Shown here: one piece after another, positions 16,311-25,335 of the stretch
Numbering within the stretch: the first letter of the stretch is position 1
How the letters are laid out: each line of letters opens with the position of its first letter
Assembly (NCBI GenBank): GCA_044226215.1
Contig: JBGAHK010000003.1
Coordinates: forward strand, 153,509-217,508
Reading direction: 5' to 3'
Origin: Fimbriimonadaceae bacterium
Lineage (GTDB): Bacteria; Armatimonadota; Fimbriimonadia; Fimbriimonadales; Fimbriimonadaceae
DNA length: 64,000 bases
Position numbers and translations under genes: made by a program
The notes under the pieces: generated by a model
What the model was told of the DNA's origin: nothing
Databases searched by the model: none
The model's input: the letters and a program-made list of their open reading frames with translations, nothing else

Positions 16311-18083
16311 GTGCCGAGCGTCGCGGTCAAAGTATTCGGCAAATTCGAAGTCGAAACGGGGCCCGGCTCAAAGGCGTCGTTCCGCACGTCACGCGCCGCC
16401 GAAGTGGTCGCACTTCTCGCGATGCAGCCCGCCGGACAGCTCAACCGCACTCAACTTGCCGACGCGATCTGGCCCGAGATGCTGCCTTCAGAGCAGCTGA
16501 AAAGCCTTCGCCCCGCGCTTCATTACGCGAAAGCTTCGGTCGGCGAATCGGCGTTGTTCGTCGATGAGGGCAGCGGACGCGTCGTGCTCCAAGCCAGTTC
16601 GGAATGGCACGACGCCAAGAAACTGGAACTGCGCATCGCAGCCGAGGCCGAGGAGTCGGACCGGCTGATGCTGCTGTACGCACTCTCGAACCTCGTCCGG
16701 GAGCCGCTGTTCGCCTCATGGGACCGTCTGTGGATGGAGCCGTATCGCCAGCGCCACCACATCCTCAGTTGCCGAACGCTCTTTGGGCTGGCGGAACTGC
16801 TCGGGGCGAAGGGCGAGACGGAGATGGCGCTGGAACACATTCACCACGTGCGCCAGATGAACCCGATCGACGAAGCGGCGGTCAAGCTCCAACTCCAGCT
16901 CCTGGGCAAACTCGACCGAGTCGCCGAGGCTCGAAAGGCGTATGAGGATTTTCGAACGCTTTGGCGAGCGAGAGCGGCGCGCGACGTCAACGCAGACGTG
17001 GCCGCCGTCGCCACCAAGGCCCTCTCGGGTGGGTACGCCCAGCCGAATGCGCGAATCGTCTCCTCCGTCCAGCTGGAGCTCGTCCAAAACCTGTTCACGG
17101 TGCTTTCGGAAGAAGCCCCCGAGCGGTTGCTTCCCTTGCTCGCCGCTCAGCAGGTGAATTGGGCGATCGTCAGTCACGGCCCGGAACTGAAATCGCTGCT
17201 CGAAGCGGTTCTGGAGCGAACAACGGGCTGGTCACCCGATCGAGCCGGGGTGGCCAAGCGGCTGCTTCAGTTCTACAGCCAGGAAGGAGAAAGCCAACGC
17301 ATGCGCCGACTCGCGATCCAGCTGATGGAATCGCCGCGCGCGCTGGATCAGGTCGCCGCCCTCAATTACCTGGGCATGCACGCGGCCAATTCGGGCGATG
17401 TCGACGAGGCCGAGGCGGTTCTGACCCAGGCGACGAAGCTGTGTGAGCAGGAAAACCTCCCGTATCTAGCCGCAGTGAGTCAGGCGAACCTCGCGTTCAC
17501 CCACTTTTATGTCCTCAAGCTCGACACCGCGCGCGTGGTCTTCGAAACGGTGATCGCGAGCCTGAGTGAAGCCACCGAGCCCAACGCGCGCTACAACGCG
17601 GCCCATTGTCTCGCCGCGATGATCCATATCGCCGAGGTGAGTGGCGAAACCGACGAAGCGCTCCGGTTAGCCGACGAGTGGGTGAAGATGGCCCAACTCG
17701 ACGAAGCCGTGCGTAAAGATTCGGCGGGCCTGGCCACGGCGAGCTTGGTTTACGAACGCCACAATCGACCGATGGCGGTGCAGTACGCGATCCAAGCCCT
17801 CGATGCCGCCCTCAGCGGTCGCCAAAAGGTGATGATGACAGCAGTCGGGCTGGCTCTCTGCGCGGTTGCCCGTCGCATCGGTTTGGAGGATGCCGCTCGG
17901 GAGGCGGCCCGGGAACTGCTGGCCTGGATTTATGTCTTTCGACTCGAATTGCGACCACTCGAGCGGCTGATGTTCGCGGAGGCCGGCTTGGTGGTGGAGG
18001 ACGAAACGATCGAAGCCCCGACGTCGCTCCCGCGAACATTGGTGAACCTTCGAGAAGCGTTCGAGCTTTACCAGGCGGTTTAG
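16311..18083 (+). CDS. SARP/BTAD-family transcriptional regulator with TPR-like C-terminal half
   Basis: 590 aa, GTG start. The N-terminal VKVFGKFEVE... segment is wHTH-like. A BTAD-like block follows (WMEPYRQRHHILSCRTLFGLAELLGAKGETEMALEHIHHVRQMNPIDEAAVKLQLQLLGKLDRVAEARKAYEDF). Confidence 0.65.
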   Translation: MPSVAVKVFGKFEVETGPGSKASFRTSRAAEVVALLAMQPAGQLNRTQLADAIWPEMLPSEQLKSLRPALHYAKASVGESALFVDEGSGRVVLQASSEWHDAKKLELRIAAEAEESDRLMLLYALSNLVREPLFASWDRLWMEPYRQRHHILSCRTLFGLAELLGAKGETEMALEHIHHVRQMNPIDEAAVKLQLQLLGKLDRVAEARKAYEDFRTLWRARAARDVNADVAAVATKALSGGYAQPNARIVSSVQLELVQNLFTVLSEEAPERLLPLLAAQQVNWAIVSHGPELKSLLEAVLERTTGWSPDRAGVAKRLLQFYSQEGESQRMRRLAIQLMESPRALDQVAALNYLGMHAANSGDVDEAEAVLTQATKLCEQENLPYLAAVSQANLAFTHFYVLKLDTARVVFETVIASLSEATEPNARYNAAHCLAAMIHIAEVSGETDEALRLADEWVKMAQLDEAVRKDSAGLATASLVYERHNRPMAVQYAIQALDAALSGRQKVMMTAVGLALCAVARRIGLEDAAREAARELLAWIYVFRLELRPLERLMFAEAGLVVEDETIEAPTSLPRTLVNLREAFELYQAV

Positions 18084-18130
18084 CGATTCGTTAGGAGCAG
18101 AAGTTAACCTGAGCGATCCAAGGCGCTGGG

Positions 18131-18289
18131 CTACTTCGTCTTGCCAGCGCCGCCGGGAGAATCCTTGTAGTCGCCTTCGTGAATGGGCTCGGGACCGCCC
18201 GAACTGCTTCCGCCCGAGCAGCCCGCGACCAGCGCGGTGGCGATCAGAGCGGTCATCAAGAGAAGAAACCAGTTCGAATTTCTTTGCAT
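18131..18289 (-). CDS. small lipoprotein with Gly/Ser/Pro-rich tail (not in ORF track, <60 aa)
   Basis: Runs from ATG at 18289 to TAG at 18131: MQRNSNWFLLLMTALIATALVAGCSGGSSSGGPEPIHEGDYKDSPGGAGKTK. Lipobox VAGC. It lies 10 nt downstream of the pseudopilin-like gene. Confidence 0.55.
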   Translation of the reverse strand: MQRNSNWFLLLMTALIATALVAGCSGGSSSGGPEPIHEGDYKDSPGGAGKTK

Positions 18290-18299
18290 GGCTTTCGAT

Positions 18300-19118
18300 T
18301 TAGAACCCATTGTTCTCGCTGTCGTAAGTCGTGGGGCATTTGCCGTCGGTGGTCGCTTCGGGCTTCAGCTTGGCGCGGGGGAACGCGGCCGAGTAGAGCG
18401 AGGTCGCGGCCCCACCCTTGTCGCCGCCCGGCGCGATTTTGCAGTACAGCGCATGGCCGTCGCAGTAGCCAAAGTTCGCGCCGCCGGCGTATCCGGCGTT
18501 GGCGGTGATGCCACCCCAGAATTCATAGCCCCAGCCTGCGGTCGGGTTGCTCACGTTCCAGACGAGGTCGGTGGTGGTGCCGTTGATGCGGCAGGTCGGC
18601 CACGTGAACCAGTTGAGCGACGGGCCCATCAGTACCGTATCGGCTGGGGTGGGGATGCCGCTGTTCGAAGCGGTGCGCGGCTTGACCGGGTCGCCGTCGC
18701 TATGGGCGATCATGCTGTTCAGGCTGTACGTGACGCGATAGGCTTTCTTGAGCTTGTCCGGGTCGGTTTTCGAGGAAGCGCCGGGAAGCCAGTAGCCGCG
18801 CACGCTCCAGAGCTTGAGCGTGTTGGATGGATCGCTGAAAATGTCCTTGCTCTTGCTATACGGCTGAAGGCGATCGGCCCAGTGGGGACCGAGGTCGACC
18901 GTATCCGAATCCGAATAGACGAACGCCATGTGGACATCGTCGTTGTCGTTGAGATACATGATATTCGCAAGAACATCCTGCTTGAGATGGCTTAAATCGT
19001 TCGATTTTTTGGCGGCCATCTTGGCTTGCGCGAACACGGGGAAGAGAATGGCGGCCAGGATCGCAATGATTGCGATAACCACCAATAGTTCGATGAGCGT
19101 GAACGCGCGTCTCAGCAT
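18300..19118 (-). CDS. prepilin-type N-terminal cleavage/methylation domain protein (pseudopilin-like)
   Basis: 272 aa. [29 protein letters not shown] is a class III signal with the conserved Glu. C-terminal FGYCDGH motif. Confidence 0.85.
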   Translation of the reverse strand: MLRRAFTLIELLVVIAIIAILAAILFPVFAQAKMAAKKSNDLSHLKQDVLANIMYLNDNDDVHMAFVYSDSDTVDLGPHWADRLQPYSKSKDIFSDPSNTLKLWSVRGYWLPGASSKTDPDKLKKAYRVTYSLNSMIAHSDGDPVKPRTASNSGIPTPADTVLMGPSLNWFTWPTCRINGTTTDLVWNVSNPTAGWGYEFWGGITANAGYAGGANFGYCDGHALYCKIAPGGDKGGAATSLYSAAFPRAKLKPEATTDGKCPTTYDSENNGF

Positions 19119-19127
19119 GTCTTTATT

Positions 19128-19397
19128 CTACAACGCGCGCTGATCGAACTCGGCCCAAAAATCTCGTGAAGGCAGGGCCTCCTCGACCGAAAACTCCATC
19201 AGATCGGTCCACCGGTCGATCCACGGCTGGAGGGCAGGGATCGACGGGGTCGTGACAAGCATCCAGCAGGTGATCCCGTCCGGTGAGATCCAGCTGTCGA
19301 CGAACGCCACCCCGTCCGGCAGCATTCGCCCCTGGGCGAGGAACCGCTCGCGTACGGCGGCCACATCTTTGAACCGCTCGGTGACCATCACCAACAT
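19128..19397 (-). CDS. DUF3303-like small protein
   Basis: 89 aa. MLVMVTERFKD...RERFLAQGRMLPDGVAFVDSWIS...W resembles the DUF3303 family pattern as I recall it. Confidence 0.55.
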   Translation of the reverse strand: MLVMVTERFKDVAAVRERFLAQGRMLPDGVAFVDSWISPDGITCWMLVTTPSIPALQPWIDRWTDLMEFSVEEALPSRDFWAEFDQRAL

Positions 19398-19452
19398 GGT
19401 TTGATGTTACCGGCGTGCCTGGCCGAGGCGTTTTCGGCCACCATATAGCCCG

Positions 19453-20385
19453 ATGCTGGTGCATTTCGGCCTCGAATCGGTACAGCCCGAGTGGCATCAA
19501 TGTGTGGCCTGCATCGGCACATTCGATGGCATCCACCTCGGCCATCGCGCCCTGATCGAAGACACCGTCCGGCGCGCGGAGGCGATGGAGTCGCCCAGCG
19601 TGGTGGTCACGTTTGACCGCCACCCGCTTTCCGTGCTGCGTCCGGACGACGCTCCTTTGCAGATTCAGTCCCTCAGCCAGAACTTGCGACAGATCGCGGC
19701 GATTGGGGTCGCGGCGACGGTCGTGCTGCCGTTCGATGCGCGCATGGCGGCGACGCCCGCCCAGGCGTTTTACGACGATGTCCTCGTGGGGGCGCTTCGC
19801 GTGGTGCACTGCGTCGTCGGCCATGATTTCGCGTTCGGCCAGCGACGAGTCGGCACCCCGGACTGGCTTGCCGAGCGCATGCCCAGTTCGGTGATGCCCC
19901 CTGTCACGGTCGAGGGCCATCGGGTCAGCAGTTCGGTGATTCGAGACGCGATCAGCCGGGGCGACTGCGCGGAAGCCGCTCGCCAGCTGGGCCGACCGTT
20001 CGAGATCGAGGGTGTGGTCGTCACGGGCCAAAAACTGGGGCGCACGATCGGTTATCCCACGCTGAATCTGGCCCGGATGGGCGAGCGGCTCGTCACCCCG
20101 GCCAACGGCATCTATGGCGGTCGCTGCACGACGAGGCTGGGCGAATTCAAGGCCGCGATCAGCGTGGGCGTGCGCCCGACCGTCGGCGGAGAGCACCGCA
20201 CCATCGAGGCGTACCTGTTGGATTACCCTGGCGAGCCGCTTTATGGCAGCGCGGTGCGGCTGACGTTCGATCACCGGGTGCGGGACGAGCTGAAGTTCGA
20301 CTCGCTGGAGGCACTTCGCACGCAAATTGAAGCAGATGTGGCCGAAATAGATCGTTTGGTTGCGTTCACGGCGTCAAGAGCGTGA
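19453..20385 (+). CDS. ribF: bifunctional riboflavin kinase / FMN adenylyltransferase
   Basis: 310 aa. Motifs: GTFDGIHLGHRAL, GYPTLNL, IEAYLLDYPG. Confidence 0.9.
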   Translation: MLVHFGLESVQPEWHQCVACIGTFDGIHLGHRALIEDTVRRAEAMESPSVVVTFDRHPLSVLRPDDAPLQIQSLSQNLRQIAAIGVAATVVLPFDARMAATPAQAFYDDVLVGALRVVHCVVGHDFAFGQRRVGTPDWLAERMPSSVMPPVTVEGHRVSSSVIRDAISRGDCAEAARQLGRPFEIEGVVVTGQKLGRTIGYPTLNLARMGERLVTPANGIYGGRCTTRLGEFKAAISVGVRPTVGGEHRTIEAYLLDYPGEPLYGSAVRLTFDHRVRDELKFDSLEALRTQIEADVAEIDRLVAFTASRA

Positions 20386-20389
20386 GACG

Positions 20390-20866
20390 ATGAAAACAAA
20401 GCTTGGAATCGCAATCGCGTTCTTGGTCCTGGCGATCGGAACGATCTTTTTCGTGCTCTCGTCGAATCAGCCGAGCGATCAGCAGCTCATCGAGAAGTCA
20501 CTCGACGAAGCCGTCGCAGCGGCACGGGAAGGCCGGAGCGGGCCCGTTCTCGACTTCATCTCCTCCCAAGTCAAGGTGAACGGCGACTCGATGTTCTCGT
20601 CCAAGAACGTCACCGAGTACATCCGGAAGAACCAGCCGGACGTCCATATCACCCAGAAAACGCCCCGGATCGAGGGGGACACGGCGACGATCGTCAGCCC
20701 GGTGCGGCTCAAGGTCAGCAGCTTGGTGGGCACCTTCGACCAGGAGTTCGGGAACGTCCGCATCACGCTCCACAAGGAGCGAGTTTTCCGCTGGCTGGTC
20801 ATTCCGGGAACCCAGTGGAAAGTGACGGGCGTTGAGTCGGATGGAGCAGGCTTGCAAATACCCTGA
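20390..20866 (+). CDS. hypothetical membrane-anchored protein
   Basis: The ATG at 20390 gives MKTKLGIAIAFLVLAIGTIFFVL (one TM helix), followed by about 130 aa of soluble sequence. The ORF track starts 30 nt earlier, overlapping ribF. Confidence 0.5.
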   Translation: MKTKLGIAIAFLVLAIGTIFFVLSSNQPSDQQLIEKSLDEAVAAAREGRSGPVLDFISSQVKVNGDSMFSSKNVTEYIRKNQPDVHITQKTPRIEGDTATIVSPVRLKVSSLVGTFDQEFGNVRITLHKERVFRWLVIPGTQWKVTGVESDGAGLQIP

Positions 20867-20987
20867 CGGCCCGGTTTTCCTCGCTTTTTTGCGGAATCAG
20901 CCGACCTTTAAGGTACCATGCGCTCAGCTTGCCCATGGACAAGCCGCGGTTGCGTGACCGCGAAATCTAGGAGGAATCTAACTACTC

Positions 20988-21302
20988 ATGAACTTTAAGA
21001 AGATCCTGAGCCTGTTCGTTGCAGGCGCATTCGTTTCTGCTCTCATGGTTGGCTGCGCGAGCGGCGAGACCACCGAAGGCACCACCGGCACCGACGCGAC
21101 CAAGTCGACGGGCGAAGCCAAGCCGAACGAGGGCGAGAAGAAGCCGGAAGCCGGCGCTGAAGGCAAGATGGAAGGCGAGAAGAAGCCGGAAGCCGGAGCC
21201 GAAGGCAAGATGGAAGGCGATGCCAAGCCGGCCGAAGGCGATGCTAAGCCCGCTGAAGGCGAAGCGAAGCCGGCCGAAGGCGAGAAGAAGTCGGGCGAGT
21301 AA
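20988..21302 (+). CDS. repeat-containing lipoprotein (Lys/Glu/Pro/Ala/Gly-rich)
   Basis: 104 aa. AGGAGG lies upstream. Lipobox ALMVGC. It contains tandem peptide repeats: GEKKPEAGAEGKME twice and G(D/E)AKPAE three times. Confidence 0.7.
   Translation: MNFKKILSLFVAGAFVSALMVGCASGETTEGTTGTDATKSTGEAKPNEGEKKPEAGAEGKMEGEKKPEAGAEGKMEGDAKPAEGDAKPAEGEAKPAEGEKKSGE
21132..21278 (+). repeat. in-frame tandem repeats inside the lipoprotein gene (2 x 42 bp, then 3 x 21 bp)
   Basis: 21132-21173 and 21174-21215 differ at 3 positions. 21216-21236, 21237-21257 and 21258-21278 are variants of GGCGATGCCAAGCCGGCCGAA. Confidence 0.85.
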
Positions 21303-21329
21303 TCCCCGCATTCTCTTGAATGATCTGAC

Positions 21330-21366
21330 GAGGCTGGTCCCTGCGGGGGCCGGCCTCGCCGCTTTT
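21330..21366 (+). terminator. probable intrinsic terminator
   Basis: GAGGCTGGTCCC (21330-21341) pairs with GGGGCCGGCCTC (21346-21357), with 2 G-U pairs. GCCGC TTTTT follows. Confidence 0.45.
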
Positions 21367-21394
21367 TGCCGCGCAGGTACTCTTTCGGACCGCC

Positions 21395-22519
21395 ATGATC
21401 GATCCGCGCGTGACTCAGCTTGCCGAGCTGCTTTGCAGCCATTCCACCCGATTGGGACCGTCCGATAGCGTCCTCGTTCACGCGTTCGACGTGCCCGCGG
21501 AGGCCATCGCCGAAATCGTGCGGGTGGCGCAGTCGAAGGGTGCGCGGGTGGCCGTTCGGTTGGAGCAGGCGGCGGTCAAGCGTCAGCTGATGCTCGGCAT
21601 GACGGTCGAGAACGCGAAGATGATCGCGGACTCGGAAAGGCACGAAATGGACCTGATGACCGCTTACATTGCGGTCCGCGGCAGCCTGAACTACGCCGAA
21701 TTGGGCGACACAAGTCCGGAAACGGATCGCCTTTGGGCCCAACACTACATGACTCCGGTCGTCTTCGAAACCCGGGTGCCGAACACCAAGTGGGTCGCCC
21801 TGAAGTGGCCGACGGCGGCGTTCGCCCAGCAGGCGAGTATGAGCACCGAGGCGTTCGAGGACTACTACTTCCGAGTCTGCACGCTGGACTACTCACGCAT
21901 GGCTACCGCCGCAGCGCCGCTCAAGGAGCTCATGGATCGCACGGACCGGGTGGCCATCAAGGGACCAGGCACCGACCTCGAATTCAGCATCAAAGGCATC
22001 GGCAGCGTCCCGTGCGTTGGCCTGCGCAATATCCCGGACGGAGAGTGCTTCAGTTGCCCGGTCAAGGACTCGATGAACGGGACCATCACCTACAACACCG
22101 TCTCGCTTTACCAGGGGACCGAGTTCAAGGACATCCGGTACGTGGTCAAGGATGGCAAGATCGTGGACGCCTCCTGCGATGGCCAAACCGCCAAGCTAAA
22201 CGACATCTTGGACACGGACGAAGGATCACGGTACTTCGGCGAATGGGCGCTTGGATTCAATCCGCACATCCTCCATCCGATGAAAGACACGCTCTTCGAC
22301 GAGAAGATCGCGGGCAGCTTCCACCTGACCCCCGGCAACGCTTATACGGGCCCGGGCGGCAACGGCAACAAGTCGAGCATCCACTGGGATACCGTCCTGA
22401 TCCAGCGGCCGGACTACGGCGGCGGCGAGATCTGGTTCGATGGCCAACTCGTCCGCAAGGACGGGCTGTTCGTGCTGCCCGAGCTCCAGGCGCTCAATCC
22501 CGATCAGCTGCTGGGCTGA
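21395..22519 (+). CDS. aminopeptidase, M29 (AmpS/PepS-like) family
   Basis: 374 aa. The overall pattern resembles aminopeptidase T/S (GEWALGFNP, SIHWDTVL). Confidence 0.65.
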   Translation: MIDPRVTQLAELLCSHSTRLGPSDSVLVHAFDVPAEAIAEIVRVAQSKGARVAVRLEQAAVKRQLMLGMTVENAKMIADSERHEMDLMTAYIAVRGSLNYAELGDTSPETDRLWAQHYMTPVVFETRVPNTKWVALKWPTAAFAQQASMSTEAFEDYYFRVCTLDYSRMATAAAPLKELMDRTDRVAIKGPGTDLEFSIKGIGSVPCVGLRNIPDGECFSCPVKDSMNGTITYNTVSLYQGTEFKDIRYVVKDGKIVDASCDGQTAKLNDILDTDEGSRYFGEWALGFNPHILHPMKDTLFDEKIAGSFHLTPGNAYTGPGGNGNKSSIHWDTVLIQRPDYGGGEIWFDGQLVRKDGLFVLPELQALNPDQLLG

Positions 22520-23490
22520 AGCTGGTCGAGCAGCGCGCGCTCATCTTCGGGCGAAAGCCCGACCGCGAGTTCCTTCTTGTCCCGGGTTCGCATCCAGTCC
22601 ACCGTGTCGCGAGCGCTCTCCAGAAGCGGACGAAGCTGAAGGCCGGCCGCTCGCGCCTTGGCGGCGCTGATCGAGGACCATCCCGGGAGCTGAACAAACC
22701 CGTACAGCGGGAACGCCGCGTCGTCCGACTTGCCCGCGGCTTCCAATTCCGCCGGGTCGACGAGGGTGATCTTTCCGCTCGGATTCAGCTCTCGGCGCGT
22801 CTCCTCGAGCACGTCGAGGAATCGGTGCGGTGTGGCCGGACCGACGCAGTTGTAGGGTCCGGAATAGCCCTGGTCGATGCCGTGGATCACGAACTTGGCG
22901 AGATCGCGGGCGTCGATGAGTTGGATCTGGCCCTCGGGAACGTTGGGGACCAGCGTCTCCGCTTGGGTGGCAATCTTCCAGATCCAGTACGTCCATCGGT
23001 CGGTGTAATCCTCGGGCCCGATGATCAGCCCCGGGCGCGGCAAGAACGACTTCTCGCCGAACGCCTGCTTCACGGCCTCCTCGCACAGCACCTTGAGTCC
23101 GCCGTAGGTTTCGCCCGTGATCTCCTCGACCGTTTTGTCTTCGAGCGTTCCGAGCGCGGCCAGTTCGTCAGAGCCGGGCGGTGGATCCGCGTAGACCGAG
23201 ATCGTGGAGACGAAGGTCATGTGGCCGACGCGGTCGCTCAGCGCATCGGCAGCGATCCAAATCGCGCGGGGGAAATAGCCGCACGAGTCAATGCAGGCAT
23301 CGAACTCGCCTTGGATGAGGCCAAGGTCATGAAGTCGGTCGCCATGAACCGTCGTGACGCGTCCTTCAAACAGATGGTCATTCGTCTGACCGCGATGAAA
23401 GACGGTGACGTCCCATCCACGCGAGAGGGCTTCCTCGACCATCGCCCGGCCCACAAAGCGCGTGCCGCCAATCACCAGAAGTCGCTTCAC
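22504..23490 (-). CDS. NAD-dependent epimerase/dehydratase family (SDR) protein
   Basis: 328 aa. Rossmann motif LVIGGTRFVGRA at the N-terminus. Confidence 0.7.
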   Translation of the reverse strand: MKRLLVIGGTRFVGRAMVEEALSRGWDVTVFHRGQTNDHLFEGRVTTVHGDRLHDLGLIQGEFDACIDSCGYFPRAIWIAADALSDRVGHMTFVSTISVYADPPPGSDELAALGTLEDKTVEEITGETYGGLKVLCEEAVKQAFGEKSFLPRPGLIIGPEDYTDRWTYWIWKIATQAETLVPNVPEGQIQLIDARDLAKFVIHGIDQGYSGPYNCVGPATPHRFLDVLEETRRELNPSGKITLVDPAELEAAGKSDDAAFPLYGFVQLPGWSSISAAKARAAGLQLRPLLESARDTVDWMRTRDKKELAVGLSPEDERALLDQLQPSS

Positions 23491-24362
23491 TTGGACACCC
23501 CCTGGCCGCCCACGAAGACAAAATCGGCCAAGCCTTTCGACACCGTCCGCTTCTCGTCGCCATCGATGCAGACGATAGTTCGGGGACGCTCACCCGTCCG
23601 ACGGTTGATGCGGTAGGCGATGCCTTGCCCGTACATCACGTGGCCGCTGCCCGCAATGATCACCATGATCGTCTTGGGATCGCGCCGCGTCGCCATGTCC
23701 TTCAGCGCCGTATCGGCCATGCCCTCGTCCCACAGCACCTGAGCCGCGTAAATGTTGTCGCCTTGCGTTCCTGTCATCGGGTGTCCTCCCATCAGCGCGG
23801 TGAAAACCTGCCGATGATCTTTGTTCTCCAAGTAGAGCTCCGGAAGTTCCTTCTTCTGTTCGGGGGTGAGCGCGGCGGGCCCGCCCTTGCCCACGGCAGA
23901 AACCCAAGCGCGCGGCACGTTCAGCGCGACCATCGGCAACTTGAGGTCGCGGACGGCGTCGAAGATGGGCCGGTAGAGGCCGAAATCGAATCCCCACTGC
24001 TTCTTCCAATCCGCTTCGCGAATGAATTCGTCTTCCGTCCACCATCCCAGCGTCCACGGCGCGAGGTTGGCTTGGTTCGGGCGAGTGAACATCTCGAAAC
24101 CGACCACGACCCGCCGCCCGGCCGCCGCCAGCGCGCGGATCGCGCGGGCCTGAAATTCGTGATGGCGCGGGTTATCGTGGCTTTCGCCGATGAGAAGAAA
24201 CCGCTGTCCATCGCAGGCTTTCACCAAGTCGTCGAAGCCAGCCGGCGCGCTCCCACGGTTCAATCCGGGTCGTACCTCCACCGGCGTCTTGTCGACGATC
24301 GGCAGCAGATACGGGTCGACCTCGTTCTGAAGGACGATAGCGCTGATCAGCGGCAGAATCAT
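23487..24362 (-). CDS. ChaN-like (haem-binding uptake, Tiki superfamily) protein
   Basis: 291 aa. FLLIGESHDNPRHHEFQARAIRAL is a motif typical of ChaN/COG3016 proteins. Confidence 0.55.
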   Translation of the reverse strand: MILPLISAIVLQNEVDPYLLPIVDKTPVEVRPGLNRGSAPAGFDDLVKACDGQRFLLIGESHDNPRHHEFQARAIRALAAAGRRVVVGFEMFTRPNQANLAPWTLGWWTEDEFIREADWKKQWGFDFGLYRPIFDAVRDLKLPMVALNVPRAWVSAVGKGGPAALTPEQKKELPELYLENKDHRQVFTALMGGHPMTGTQGDNIYAAQVLWDEGMADTALKDMATRRDPKTIMVIIAGSGHVMYGQGIAYRINRRTGERPRTIVCIDGDEKRTVSKGLADFVFVGGQGVSK

Positions 24363-25147
24363 GCGCGCAGTTTACTGGGGTTCGCAGGCGCGGGCTCGGG
24401 TCGGGGCAACTTAAAGACCGCGACCGCCAAAAAGCTGATCACCACGAGCAGGCACCACGACGACCATTTGCCCGCATCGACCCAGGTCCAGCCGTGCGCT
24501 TGATTCGGATACTGCCATGCGCCGAGCCTGGTGCACACGTGTTCCGCGATCCAAACCCACGTGCCCAGGCCGAGGAAGCCGAACAGCAAGTTCACGCGCC
24601 ATCGGCCCTGACCCGCGTCGACATGGACATAACTCCGGCCGAAGCTGAGAAACACGAACGCAGCGAGAATCCACCGCACGTCGCCGAAATGGCGGGCCAA
24701 AAAGAAGTTGGCGTAGATCGCGGCGGCAATCATCCCGACCCACGGCCAGGCGGGGAAGTTCTCGACCGTCATGCGGTGTCGCCGCCACGCCTGCATCAGG
24801 TAGCTCGCCACGCTCGCGTACATAAAGCCGCTGTAGATCGGCACGCCGCCGATCTTGAATCCCTGGCCGGGATAGCTCCACGAGCCGTGGCTGACTTTGT
24901 ACAGCTCCAGACAGAGCCCCAGGACGTGGAAGATGCAGATCGCGAGCAGTTCCCGCCGCGTCTCCCAGCCCTTCGCCACGAACACGATCTGCGCCAAAAC
25001 GCACAGCACGAGCATGAAATCGTAGCGGTCCAAACCGACGGGAACGACGGCGGTGAGAAACAGGCCGGCAATGATGAGGATGGCGAACGCGGCGGAGATG
25101 ATCTGCGTGCGCGCAAATCCGACCAGTTGGGCGAACGCATCCCTCAT
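24359..25147 (-). CDS. DUF817-like integral membrane protein
   Basis: 262 aa, multi-TM. RYDFMLVLCVLAQIVF...ETRRELLAICIFHVLGLCLELYKVSHGSWSYPG resembles DUF817. Confidence 0.6.
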   Translation of the reverse strand: MRDAFAQLVGFARTQIISAAFAILIIAGLFLTAVVPVGLDRYDFMLVLCVLAQIVFVAKGWETRRELLAICIFHVLGLCLELYKVSHGSWSYPGQGFKIGGVPIYSGFMYASVASYLMQAWRRHRMTVENFPAWPWVGMIAAAIYANFFLARHFGDVRWILAAFVFLSFGRSYVHVDAGQGRWRVNLLFGFLGLGTWVWIAEHVCTRLGAWQYPNQAHGWTWVDAGKWSSWCLLVVISFLAVAVFKLPRPEPAPANPSKLRA

Positions 25148-25335
25148 GGTGGTTAGGAACCGGGATACGGGCCGCCGGGTTCCAATCCGGTCGGCAACGG
25201 CCGTATCACCGCGCCTTTACGTTGCCGCTCTCGGCAACCGAACGCTGCATGTTCTGCGGGCGAAGCACGCCCAGCGAGCCCGATTTCAGTCAAATCGGAA
25301 GGCCAATCAGCCTTGTTCATCCACCCGAACTGTAA

